The notes under the pieces: generated by a model
Database searches by the model: none
Told to the model about the DNA's origin: nothing
Seen by the model: the letters and a program-made list of their open reading frames with translations, nothing else
Shown here: one piece after another, positions 17,224-26,071 of the stretch
Layout: the number at the start of each line of letters is the position of its first letter
Numbering within the stretch: the stretch's first letter is position 1
Translations under genes and position numbers: made by a program
Assembly: GCA_913041895.1 (NCBI GenBank)
Contig: CAJWKQ010000003.1
Coordinates: 1 to 48,254 of the forward strand
From: an uncultured Verrucomicrobiales bacterium
GTDB lineage: Bacteria > Verrucomicrobiota > Verrucomicrobiia > Limisphaerales > UBA1100
Direction: 5' to 3'
DNA length: 48,254 bases

Positions 17224-18325
17224 AGCCCGTTACATCATGATAGGTGGATTTCTGGGAGCGGGAAAAACCACCAGTGTCGCCGCACTTGCTCAACACCTGA
17301 GTGATCAAGGCCAGAAGGTTGGTTTGATTACCAATGATCAGGGCCGTGAATTAGTTGATACAGCTATGCTACGCTCCAAGGGATTTGCCACCGAGGAAAT
17401 TCCCGGAGGTTGTTTCTGTTGCCGATTCAATTCATTGGTTGATGCAGCCGGAAAGCTTACCGAATCGACCCGCCCGGATGTCTTTATTGCTGAACCAGTA
17501 GGTAGCTGCACTGATCTAGTAGCGACAGTCACTTATCCATTACGCCGGATTTATGGCGATGATTTTAGTATCGCCCCTTTAAGCGTGCTTGTAGACCCCA
17601 TCCGTGCATCACGCATCTTTGGCTTGGCTGAAGGCGGCCAGTTTTCTGAAAAAGTCACCTATATCTACCGTAAACAACTTGAAGAGGCAGATTTTATTGT
17701 CATCAATAAAACGGACCTTTTGGATGCTGATAAGCTCACTGCTCTTACCAATACTCTTAAAATCGAATTCCCAAAAGCTGAAGTGCTGCATGTTTCGGCC
17801 CGAAGCGGCGAAGGGCTAAAGCAATGGTTCGACCGGATTATTGACGCTGAACAAATCGCCCGCAATGTCATGGAAGTAGATTATGAGGTTTATGCTGAAG
17901 GTGAAGCATTACTCGGTTGGTTGAATGCCACCGTACAACTCAATAGCGAGGATAGTTTTGAAGCCAAGAGCGTACTGCAGCAACTGGCGGCGGATATTCA
18001 AACCCAAATGAATAAAACGGGTTCAGAAATTGCACACCTAAAAATGACCTTGAGCCCGGATACTGGCCTAGGCGGAAATGTAGCAATCATTAATCTGGTT
18101 CGAAACGACTTTGTACCGGAACTCTCGGCAGATCTGGATACTCCAATCGAAAGTGGACAACTCATTATCAACCTACGTGCTGAAGGCGATCCCGATAGCT
18201 TACGTAACGCTGTAGAAAAGGCAGTTGCCAACGTGCCAGCAGAACTCACTGCCACTTTGGATCACTTGGAGCATTTCCGCCCAGGCAAACCAGAGCCAAC
18301 ACATCGGATTACTGATTTAGCCTAA
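17216..18325 (+). CDS. CobW/HypB/UreG (G3E) family metallochaperone GTPase
   Basis: GGFLGAGKTT, ITNDQG, metal motif GCFCC, AEPVGSC, KQLEEAD, INKTD, SARSGEG, and a C-terminal domain containing HLK. Confidence 0.88.
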   Translation: MNKARYIMIGGFLGAGKTTSVAALAQHLSDQGQKVGLITNDQGRELVDTAMLRSKGFATEEIPGGCFCCRFNSLVDAAGKLTESTRPDVFIAEPVGSCTDLVATVTYPLRRIYGDDFSIAPLSVLVDPIRASRIFGLAEGGQFSEKVTYIYRKQLEEADFIVINKTDLLDADKLTALTNTLKIEFPKAEVLHVSARSGEGLKQWFDRIIDAEQIARNVMEVDYEVYAEGEALLGWLNATVQLNSEDSFEAKSVLQQLAADIQTQMNKTGSEIAHLKMTLSPDTGLGGNVAIINLVRNDFVPELSADLDTPIESGQLIINLRAEGDPDSLRNAVEKAVANVPAELTATLDHLEHFRPGKPEPTHRITDLA

Positions 18326-18389
18326 ATTTAGGGCCAAGTTTTCAGTCATTGGCAAAAGGCATCAAAAGGACTATTTTTTCCGAACGTTC

Positions 18390-18785
18390 ATGCCTGAAAA
18401 GCCGCGCATTCTTTTTTGCCACTGCAACTACGCTCGAGTTGTGCCTGATGAGGTGAAGAGTAGCGTATTGGAGGGATTATGCAAATCAGGTCAGGCCTTC
18501 GATGCAGTTGCTGACTTATGCGAAATGGCTGCACGCCGTGACCCCGCACTCAAGCGCTTGGCAGCCGGGGAATCCCCGGTCAAAATTGCAGCATGCTACC
18601 CCCGTGCCGTAAAATGGCTCTTTGGAGGCTGTCAGGCTACACTAAATGGTGAGCACACTGAAGTAGTCAATATGCGCGAATTGAATGCTGAGGATGCGAC
18701 CAATACGGTGTTAAATGAAACTCTAACGCCTAACCTACCTGCCGATGGTTCGGTGGCCAAGGTGGAAGGGGAAAAGAAGATTTAA
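18390..18785 (+). CDS. Small Cys-rich protein resembling the HdrA N-terminal Fe-S domain
   Basis: Motif string FCHC...DLC...IAACYPR...VVNMRE compared with HdrA N-terminal VCHCG...CS...VAACSPR...NIRE. The CDS is solid; the similarity is judged by eye. Confidence 0.6.
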   Translation: MPEKPRILFCHCNYARVVPDEVKSSVLEGLCKSGQAFDAVADLCEMAARRDPALKRLAAGESPVKIAACYPRAVKWLFGGCQATLNGEHTEVVNMRELNAEDATNTVLNETLTPNLPADGSVAKVEGEKKI

Positions 18786-18789
18786 ACCC

Positions 18790-19647
18790 ATGGCTATCGC
18801 AGAGGAAACCACTTTACGCATTATCCTCTATGAAGGGGAGGGGGCTGAAAAGTTGGCCGCTGATGAACGCAGTTCCACCCTGCTTGCGTTATTGGAAAAG
18901 GGCTACGCCGTCACTTGTGCCGGTGAGGGAAAGGTATCCCAAGCCGATGAAAGCTCACTTTTGGTTTTGGGACGGTTCAATAATGGAAAAGTTCCGGAAG
19001 CGGAGGATGTCAATGGTCTGGTTTCAATTCGTTTTAGAGATATTAACGGACATAACCCTGAAGAAATAACCCAACTGGTTGAAGAAGAACGCGAAAGCTC
19101 AAAAGCAGCCAAACACGGTGACTGGAAACCCTGGTTTCCAGTGATTGATTACGACCGGTGCACCAACTGCATGCAATGTCTATCCTTCTGCCTATTTGAT
19201 GTGTACGGCACGGATGATAAGCAGGAGATTCAGGTGCAGAATAATGACAACTGCAAAACCAACTGCCCGGCCTGTAGTCGCGTTTGCCCAGAAGCGGCGA
19301 TCATGTTCCCCAAATATAAAAGCGGCCCCATCAATGGCGACGTGGTGAGTGATGGAGATCTAAACCGCGAAAAGATGAAGATCGATATCTCTGCCCTCCT
19401 GGGTGGAGATGTATATCAAATGCTGCGTGACAGAAGCCAGCGTTCCAGAAGCCGTTTCTCCAAGGAACGCGATTCAGATAAGGCTCTGGGCGAACGCACC
19501 AAGTGCCTGACGAAACTGGCTGCTGAAGCAGATATTGATATCCCACTTGAAGTTTTACAGAGCCTTCCCAGCGCCGATGAAATTGCCAAGAAAGCAGAAG
19601 CTGCAAACGCCAAAGCAGAAGCTGCACTTAATGCACAGAAAAACTAA
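18790..19647 (+). CDS. 2x[4Fe-4S] ferredoxin-domain protein with N- and C-terminal extensions
   Basis: WFPVIDYDRCTNCMQCLSFC and NCKTNCPACSRVCP(EAAI). Start set at ATG 18790, 4 nt after the upstream stop. Confidence 0.88.
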   Translation: MAIAEETTLRIILYEGEGAEKLAADERSSTLLALLEKGYAVTCAGEGKVSQADESSLLVLGRFNNGKVPEAEDVNGLVSIRFRDINGHNPEEITQLVEEERESSKAAKHGDWKPWFPVIDYDRCTNCMQCLSFCLFDVYGTDDKQEIQVQNNDNCKTNCPACSRVCPEAAIMFPKYKSGPINGDVVSDGDLNREKMKIDISALLGGDVYQMLRDRSQRSRSRFSKERDSDKALGERTKCLTKLAAEADIDIPLEVLQSLPSADEIAKKAEAANAKAEAALNAQKN

Positions 19648-19654
19648 TTTAATT

Positions 19655-20251
19655 ATGAAAATATTTCTCTTCCTTTTCTCTCTTGCGATTAGCTTAACGG
19701 CTGCCGATAAAGGCACTCCTCTTTTTGATGGCAAAACCCTCAAAGGCTGGACCCCTGCACCCGGCGGTAAATGGCAGGTAAAGGATGGTGCTATTGTAGG
19801 AACCAGTCCGCGCAGTGAAAGGCGGCACGGAATTTTACTCACTGATAAACAGTTCTCTGACTTTGTGGTAAAAGCAAGGTTCCGCGTACACAAGGGTGAC
19901 AGTGGATTTTATTTTAGAGCCGAAAGAGTTAAGAGTGCCGTCAGCGTGAACGGTTTTCAGGTGGAAGTGGATACTACGCAGGAGACAGGTGGACTGTATG
20001 AAACGGGCGGACGCGCCTGGGTTCATAAGCCTAATGCAAAGGTAATACAGGAACGCGGTTACAAGCAGGGAGAGTGGACCGATCTGGAACTCAGCGCCAT
20101 CGGTAAACATATAGTCGTTAAAATTAATGGCGTGGTTTCCTCTGAGTTAAAAAAGGACCCGGGCCGCAGACGCGGGCACATCGGCCTGCAACTCCACGGC
20201 GGGCAGGATATGCACGTGGAGTACAAGGATTTGGTTATCTACGAAAAGTAA
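19655..20251 (+). CDS. DUF1080 (3-keto-disaccharide hydrolase-like) secreted protein
   Basis: Signal peptide MKIFLFLFSLAISLTAA, LFDGKTLKGW, DSGFYFR, QVE, TGGLY, GEW, GHIGLQLH. Start set at ATG 19655. Confidence 0.88.
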   Translation: MKIFLFLFSLAISLTAADKGTPLFDGKTLKGWTPAPGGKWQVKDGAIVGTSPRSERRHGILLTDKQFSDFVVKARFRVHKGDSGFYFRAERVKSAVSVNGFQVEVDTTQETGGLYETGGRAWVHKPNAKVIQERGYKQGEWTDLELSAIGKHIVVKINGVVSSELKKDPGRRRGHIGLQLHGGQDMHVEYKDLVIYEK

Positions 20252-20276
20252 ATCGAACTTGGAAAGTTGCCGACTA

Positions 20277-22214
20277 TTATGACTTACCCTTGGTTAATTC
20301 AGACAAACGGTCTTCCAGTTTCTTCAGCCGAGCTTTGAATCTCTCCAAGCCTTCAGGTGTAAACCGGGCGCGCTTCATGAAATCCTTCATGCGCGCAATT
20401 TCCTGACGTAACTTTTGAATCTCCTCATTGTTCACACTGGGACGAATCGGCTTGGGTCGAACCGGTTTGTTTCCACCACCAGCTTTGCCATAAAGCATTT
20501 TGTATACTTCCTCAGCTGAGCGGCTCTGACCGGTACGTTCATTAAACCAGGGTGATCCTCCGATAAAAACACGACCCGCAGGGATTTTTTTTCCTCCCTT
20601 TACCCATTCTTCAAAGGTGGGTACTCCGGTTTGTTTATCGTGACCGGGCTTGCCCCCGCCCTTGGCAGCATCTTTATCCAAATTCTCCTGAATCCAACGA
20701 GCCCATGTCCCGCTCCCGCGACCATACCCTCCGGGTAAAGGCCTCAAATCACGAGTTTGCCTTAAGGGAGGTTGCCCCCAATGAGTCGGGAAAGGTTTTC
20801 CATTAGGTGCCCTGTAGACTTTAGTATTTTCGGGTTTGCCTCCTCCCGCCTGTAATGTAGCCAGCTCTTTTTCAAGTTCAGCCAGCTTGGCATTGTGTTT
20901 AGCAAGCTCTTCTGGAGTAAAACGTGCACGGCGCGCAAAGACTTTCATGCGCACGATTTCTTTTAACAGTTCTGCAATACGCGCCTGATTGTTTCCCGCA
21001 ACCGGTTTTGTACTGCTTGTCCCACCTTTTGCCACTGCAACAGTCACCTTAAAGGTCTTCAATGGCGGTTTCTGTTCAAAGACACGCTTATACTCCAGAA
21101 CGATCTCTGCCTTACCAGTCTTATTAGCCAAATAGCTCGCAGTTGACATGCCAGGAGCACCCAATGCCGGGCCACCGGCACGGTGAGATACCTTCCCAGA
21201 AAGACTTAGAACATCCCCTGCAGTTTTATCATTCCATGTGAAACCGGTAGTGGGGTTACCAGCCAAGCTAATCTCTATGTGTTGACCTGCCTTAACAGTA
21301 ATCGTTTTACCATTGTCACTGATAGTTAATCGGGTGACATCACCTCCATTGTTGCTAGCTGTACTAACCTTTCCTAAAGTGATACTGGAAACAACCAATC
21401 CATTGCGTGGGGCATCATCAGCAATCCGGCGATCCATGATATAACAGGAAACCAGTAGCCCCTGCTTGTCGCTACGAATGTAACGACGCTCAAATTCTTT
21501 GAGTGGTTTCTTTGCCGTTGCCAAAGCTATCTCATAAAGCTCATCCAGTGTCTTGGCTGGGGCACCCTTTTTGTTTTTGCCAAGCTGCGCGCCTTTTTCC
21601 AGATAGCTGTCTCCTTCAGGCTGGGGAGGAACTACTCCGCCAGGCCGAGGGGCAGGAACCGGGCGTCGACGGTTGAATGTGCGGTATCTCCGCTCCGTCA
21701 CTTTATTATTCTCTACAACGATAATGGTTTCATTTCCAAAGCCAACCCAGCTGGTAAAACTTACCTTATAGCTGTAATTACCTTTACTCTCGGCTTTGGC
21801 TTTTTCCCAGGCCTTGATGGCAGCCTGCACCATGGCTGTATCTTCCTTAGCCTGTTTTTTGGCTTGTTCCATAGCTTTCGCATTGGGATCAAAAACAGGC
21901 GGAGCAACTGGGCGGGGTGCCACCGGATCAACGGCAATTGGCGGAGCAGGCACCGGCTTTGCTCCCGGCTTTTTTGCGTCTTTATCCAAATTCTCCTGAA
22001 TCCAACGAGCCCATGTCCCACTACCGCGACCATAACCACCGGGAAGAACCCGGAGGTCGCGCGTTTGTCTTAAGGGGGGTTGCCCCCAATGAGCTGGAAA
22101 CTCTTTCCCGTTGGGAGCCTTGAATATCCTCTTCGGCTTGGCAGGCTCCGCACCCTGAAGATTCAGGCCAAGGGTTACAAAAAGGACACTGAGTATGAGT
22201 TTAGTTATTTTCAT
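20277..22214 (-). CDS. Secreted multidomain protein with duplicated ~50-aa motifs and a chagasin/I42 protease-inhibitor domain
   Basis: Signal peptide MKITKLILSVLFVTLGLNLQG. Chagasin signature L.GNPTTGFTW...GAPG...LEYKRVFE (about 21033-21340). Two FP.HWGQPPLRQTRDLR.LPGGYGRGSGTWARWIQENLDKD repeats. Start at ATG 22214. Confidence 0.75.
   Translation of the reverse strand: MKITKLILSVLFVTLGLNLQGAEPAKPKRIFKAPNGKEFPAHWGQPPLRQTRDLRVLPGGYGRGSGTWARWIQENLDKDAKKPGAKPVPAPPIAVDPVAPRPVAPPVFDPNAKAMEQAKKQAKEDTAMVQAAIKAWEKAKAESKGNYSYKVSFTSWVGFGNETIIVVENNKVTERRYRTFNRRRPVPAPRPGGVVPPQPEGDSYLEKGAQLGKNKKGAPAKTLDELYEIALATAKKPLKEFERRYIRSDKQGLLVSCYIMDRRIADDAPRNGLVVSSITLGKVSTASNNGGDVTRLTISDNGKTITVKAGQHIEISLAGNPTTGFTWNDKTAGDVLSLSGKVSHRAGGPALGAPGMSTASYLANKTGKAEIVLEYKRVFEQKPPLKTFKVTVAVAKGGTSSTKPVAGNNQARIAELLKEIVRMKVFARRARFTPEELAKHNAKLAELEKELATLQAGGGKPENTKVYRAPNGKPFPTHWGQPPLRQTRDLRPLPGGYGRGSGTWARWIQENLDKDAAKGGGKPGHDKQTGVPTFEEWVKGGKKIPAGRVFIGGSPWFNERTGQSRSAEEVYKMLYGKAGGGNKPVRPKPIRPSVNNEEIQKLRQEIARMKDFMKRARFTPEGLERFKARLKKLEDRLSELTKGKS
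20671..20711. repeat. 41-nt exact direct repeat, copy 2 (copy 1 at 21979-22019), inside a ~150-nt intragenic duplication
   Basis: tctttatccaaattctcctgaatccaacgagcccatgtccc occurs identically at both positions. Confidence 0.9.
21979..22019. repeat. 41-nt exact direct repeat, copy 1 (copy 2 at 20671-20711)
   Basis: Same 41-mer; the flanking codons diverge mostly at synonymous positions. Confidence 0.9.
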
Positions 22215-24546
22215 TTTTGGTTTCTTGATAAATCTCGTAATGGTTGCCATCTAGCACAAACTCCACGTGTTTGCCTAATGAAATCCACTTTAATGTATCA
22301 GGTTTTTCTGCCACCAGATTGAAGTAAGCCTTCGAGCCGAACTTAATGCGGATTTTTTTGGTTTTCTTTTTCAAGGTTTGAACTTCGGCATCTATCCAGC
22401 AGGTCCCGTTCTGATAAAAGCTTCGACCGGCCACAAAGCGGATATTCTGCTGAACCTGACCACCTCCCGCACCTGAAAAATAGCGTGTAGTTGTATCCCT
22501 TGCTCCCGGGGCCGCAAGGGCTCCTGCTGACCAGCTGTATGATGATAAGGCTTTGTATGATGAATTGGCTTGAACTAAGCTTTGCTGAGCACGGGCTGCT
22601 GCAACTGCACCAGCACCTGATTTATCCATTTTCATGGATTTGAGATTTTCTTCCAAAGCACGAACGGCACCAGCATCTCTATCGAGCCCACCCAAAAGAC
22701 GGCGGTTGACCGCCACATTATTGATCCGATCATCTTCCAAAATCAGATATGCGGTAAACGGAGTTACGATGCCATATTTCTTGGCTAGCGTAGTGACCTC
22801 TTCCTTGAGTTCCTTGTTTTCACCATGCAATCGGATTTGATCCAATAGGTATCCCACCCGCCGAGTCGCCCACAAGCGCGGGATAAAGTCATGCTTATCA
22901 GATTCAGCTTGAAACTCGACGGGGTATTCCATCTTAACCTTTTTACCGTTCACCATGCCCGCCAATAACAAATCTCCCTTACCTTTACCTGAATAGCGGC
23001 CCACAACCACCATTTGGTCTCCCTTGAAAACATCTGGAAGTGGGGCAGGATAAAACTGCTTCAAGTTGGCTTCCCATGAAACCACTACATCCGGATCAGC
23101 CAAAACGGGTTCATTGATTTTGGTATAGAACTGAGAAACCTTCACTTCGATGTCCTCAGAAGGCAGGACATACTGACTAAAGGCTCTGGTGGACTCGGTG
23201 ATCTTGTCGAGAAGATGGGTATTCACATCATTTCCAATCCCGAAACAAAAGACACGGGTCTTGCCCGCTTCATCCTTCACGTTCTGGACAATCTGTTTTT
23301 CGCCAGTAATGCCAACGGTTGGGCGGCCATCGGTTAAAAAGATTACCACAAAGGGGCGTTTGCTCTTCTTAGGCCGGAGCTTCAAGGTAGCAGCCATGGC
23401 ATCATTAATGGCCGTTCCTCCAATCGGTTTTAAGCCTCCGACAAATTTCAGGGCCTTTTCACGGCTTTTGTCAGACACTTCCTTGAGCTCAGAAAACAGA
23501 GTCTCTGCCTCAGTGGAAAAACGCACCACCTCAAACCGGTCTCCATCATTAAGGTTATGAAGGCAAAACTCCAAGGCCTTCTTGGCCTGCTCAATTTTCT
23601 TTCCAGCCATGGAGCCTGAGGTATCGAGAACAAACGCAACATCTTTCTCCACGACCTTTTCCTGCTTCACGTCAATCCCGGGTGACAACAAAAGAAGAAA
23701 GTAACCGTCCTCGTCTGGGTCAGGTCGATGGGTCAAGAGGTTCAATCCCAGCTCGGTTTTTTGCGGAGTGAAATAAATCGCGAAGTTGTTCTCGGGCAGA
23801 ACATTCTTTTCCTCATAACCAATCAACGCCTTCTTGGCACCATCGCGCTTGATCTCTACTTCATGGCTGGGTGAATAAATAGATTTGAGTGGAGTCTGGG
23901 ACTCGATCTCCATTTTCACACTTAGGGTCTTAATTGGCTTAGCTGAATACTTGCCCGTATTGAGAGGATACTTGTAACTCACCAAACCACTATCTTTCTT
24001 AAGCACCTGTTTGTAAGTCACGCGCGTGCGCTTAGTGCTGTTGGGCTCAATGGGGAAAATACGTACCTTGTAAAGATCATGCTCAGCATACTCTAATAAG
24101 GCTGGATCTTGCGCGTTACGCACGATGTCCTCATAAATCTTGCGTGCCTTCTCGGCTTTCAAAAGTTCGGCTTTCTGCATCTCACCATTGATATCCATGC
24201 GAAAATCTGTCAGCACAGCTCCCTTAGGTACTGGAAAAATAAAGTGACCCTCCAGTCGGCTTCGATTGGGGTTATAAAAGACCTGCTTAACAGTCGTCTC
24301 AGCAATCTGATCAGTTACCTTGATGCTGACCCTTTGTTCCTGCACCTCCATCGGAGCAAACCGGTACACCCGAGGACGAGGTACTGGCCATGGGCGGGGT
24401 GGATGAATTGGATGATCAATGATCGGAGGTCGGGGAGCAGGGAGAATTCTAACATCTGAAACAACGATCAAACCGCCGGCCTGCACCTGATAAAACGGGG
24501 CTAAGACGGCCAATAAAAGAAATAGAGAAGCCAGTTTCGTTTTCAT
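22201..24546 (-). CDS. Secreted VIT (vault/inter-alpha-trypsin) + von Willebrand A domain protein
   Basis: Signal peptide. VIT domain QVFYNP...LEG.FIFPVP.GA...A..IYEDIV...DPALLE...RIFPI. MIDAS DTSGSM, GGT, FLTDG, FGIG.DVN. RLWATRRVGYLL, VTPFTAYL. Confidence 0.9.
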   Translation of the reverse strand: MKTKLASLFLLLAVLAPFYQVQAGGLIVVSDVRILPAPRPPIIDHPIHPPRPWPVPRPRVYRFAPMEVQEQRVSIKVTDQIAETTVKQVFYNPNRSRLEGHFIFPVPKGAVLTDFRMDINGEMQKAELLKAEKARKIYEDIVRNAQDPALLEYAEHDLYKVRIFPIEPNSTKRTRVTYKQVLKKDSGLVSYKYPLNTGKYSAKPIKTLSVKMEIESQTPLKSIYSPSHEVEIKRDGAKKALIGYEEKNVLPENNFAIYFTPQKTELGLNLLTHRPDPDEDGYFLLLLSPGIDVKQEKVVEKDVAFVLDTSGSMAGKKIEQAKKALEFCLHNLNDGDRFEVVRFSTEAETLFSELKEVSDKSREKALKFVGGLKPIGGTAINDAMAATLKLRPKKSKRPFVVIFLTDGRPTVGITGEKQIVQNVKDEAGKTRVFCFGIGNDVNTHLLDKITESTRAFSQYVLPSEDIEVKVSQFYTKINEPVLADPDVVVSWEANLKQFYPAPLPDVFKGDQMVVVGRYSGKGKGDLLLAGMVNGKKVKMEYPVEFQAESDKHDFIPRLWATRRVGYLLDQIRLHGENKELKEEVTTLAKKYGIVTPFTAYLILEDDRINNVAVNRRLLGGLDRDAGAVRALEENLKSMKMDKSGAGAVAAARAQQSLVQANSSYKALSSYSWSAGALAAPGARDTTTRYFSGAGGGQVQQNIRFVAGRSFYQNGTCWIDAEVQTLKKKTKKIRIKFGSKAYFNLVAEKPDTLKWISLGKHVEFVLDGNHYEIYQETKNENN

Positions 24547-24612
24547 AATGGGTAGACGACCAGAGGATCTAAAATACTCCCATTTTCAGGTGCGTCACGC
24601 ATTTTGCGACAC

Positions 24613-24641
24613 TTGACCCAATTGATAGGTACCTACACACT
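24613..24641 (+). promoter_or_regulatory. Putative sigma70-type promoter (leaderless) of the FG-GAP gene
   Basis: TTGACC (24613-24618), 17 nt, CACACT (24636-24641), 7 nt, ATG 24649. Confidence 0.5.
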
Positions 24642-24648
24642 TCCGTCC

Positions 24649-25950
24649 ATGCTCAAGCACATATTTGCGGTTATAGCGATGCTGTATCTACCCCTGTCAG
24701 CCGCCGAATATAAGATCCACTCTTGGACAAAACATCATCTCACCGCACACTTCTGGGCTGAGGGCGGGCATTACGGGGATTTTAACAAGGACGGCAAAGG
24801 GGACGTGGTAGTAGGCCCCTATTGGTATGCTGGACCGGATTTTAAGCAGCGACATACCATTTATGATGATTCTCCAACCTTCGACATGATGAAGGACGGC
24901 AAAAAGGTCACAATCTCAGGCTACAAGGGACAGCTCAGCGGCACCAACGGTTACTCCAATAATTTTCTTACCTACACCTACGACTTCAATTCTGACGGCT
25001 GGAAGGACGTTCTCGTCTTTGGCTGGCCGGGCAAAGACACCACCTGGTACGAAAATCCAAAAAACAAAAAAGGCCTCTGGAAAAGCCACAACATTTTCCC
25101 CGTAAGCGATGGCGAATCTCCACGCCTAGAGGACATGGACGGGGACGGTAAGCCAGAGATCCTCGTCTTCCGCGATAAACACCTCGGCTACGGCCAAGCC
25201 GATTGGAATGATCCCACCAAGGAGTGGAAGTTCGTCAAAATTAGCACCCCAGGTAAATGGCATAAGTATACCCATGGCTATGGAGCGGGGGACGTAAATG
25301 GTGATGGCCGCAAGGATATCCTTGAGACAGCTGGCTGGTGGGAACAACCCAAAAAGGTTGATGGCACTCCATGGCGGTTTCATAAAGTTCCCTTCAGTCT
25401 CTTGCGAGGTGGCGCGCAAATGTATGCCTACGACGTAAACGGTGACGGCCGCAATGATGTTATCACCAGTTGGGATGGTCACGGCTATGGCCTTGCGTGG
25501 TATGAAAATAGAGGGACACACAAAAACGGTTCGGTGAAATTCGCAGAACATGTGATTATCAACAGCAAACCAGAACAAAATCCCTACGGAGTTAAATTTA
25601 GCCAGATCCACGCTATCGACTTAGCCGACATTAACGGTGATGGCCTACTTGATATTGTCACCGGTAAACGCTTCTGGGCTCATGGCCCGGGTAAAGACGC
25701 CGAACCAGGCGCACCAGCAGTACTTTACTGGTTTGAGCTTACCCGCAAGAACGATAACGCTGAATATATCCCGCACCAAATTGACGACAATTCTGGGGTA
25801 GGCACTCAGGTAGCTGCAGGGGATGTAAATGGCGATGGCCTTCTCGATATCGTGGTGGGCAACAAAAAAGGTGCTTTCGTCCATCTGCATTCTGTAAAAA
25901 AAGTGGGGAAAAAAGCTTGGCAGGCCGCACAACCGAAACGAGTTCACTAA
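24649..25950 (+). CDS. Secreted FG-GAP/VCBS-repeat beta-propeller protein
   Basis: Signal peptide MLKHIFAVIAMLYLPLSA. Seven DxN/DxDG Ca-binding repeats (DFNKDGKGD, DFNSDGWKD, DMDGDGKPE, DVNGDGRKD, DVNGDGRND, DINGDGLLD, DVNGDGLLD). Confidence 0.88.
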   Translation: MLKHIFAVIAMLYLPLSAAEYKIHSWTKHHLTAHFWAEGGHYGDFNKDGKGDVVVGPYWYAGPDFKQRHTIYDDSPTFDMMKDGKKVTISGYKGQLSGTNGYSNNFLTYTYDFNSDGWKDVLVFGWPGKDTTWYENPKNKKGLWKSHNIFPVSDGESPRLEDMDGDGKPEILVFRDKHLGYGQADWNDPTKEWKFVKISTPGKWHKYTHGYGAGDVNGDGRKDILETAGWWEQPKKVDGTPWRFHKVPFSLLRGGAQMYAYDVNGDGRNDVITSWDGHGYGLAWYENRGTHKNGSVKFAEHVIINSKPEQNPYGVKFSQIHAIDLADINGDGLLDIVTGKRFWAHGPGKDAEPGAPAVLYWFELTRKNDNAEYIPHQIDDNSGVGTQVAAGDVNGDGLLDIVVGNKKGAFVHLHSVKKVGKKAWQAAQPKRVH

Positions 25951-26071
25951 GCAATAATAGCCTGTATTTCAGTGGCAAGGTAACCCTTTTTGCGTAGACA
26001 CGTCTGAATAATATAAGCAGTATCGCCCGTCCAAACAAACTCCACTGTTAGCAGAGCAGCCAAGTGATTGT

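Noticed and set aside
17216-18325. Cobalamin biosynthesis cobW
   Set aside because: No cob/cbi genes or recognisable B12 riboswitch nearby, and the motifs differ from CobW proper.
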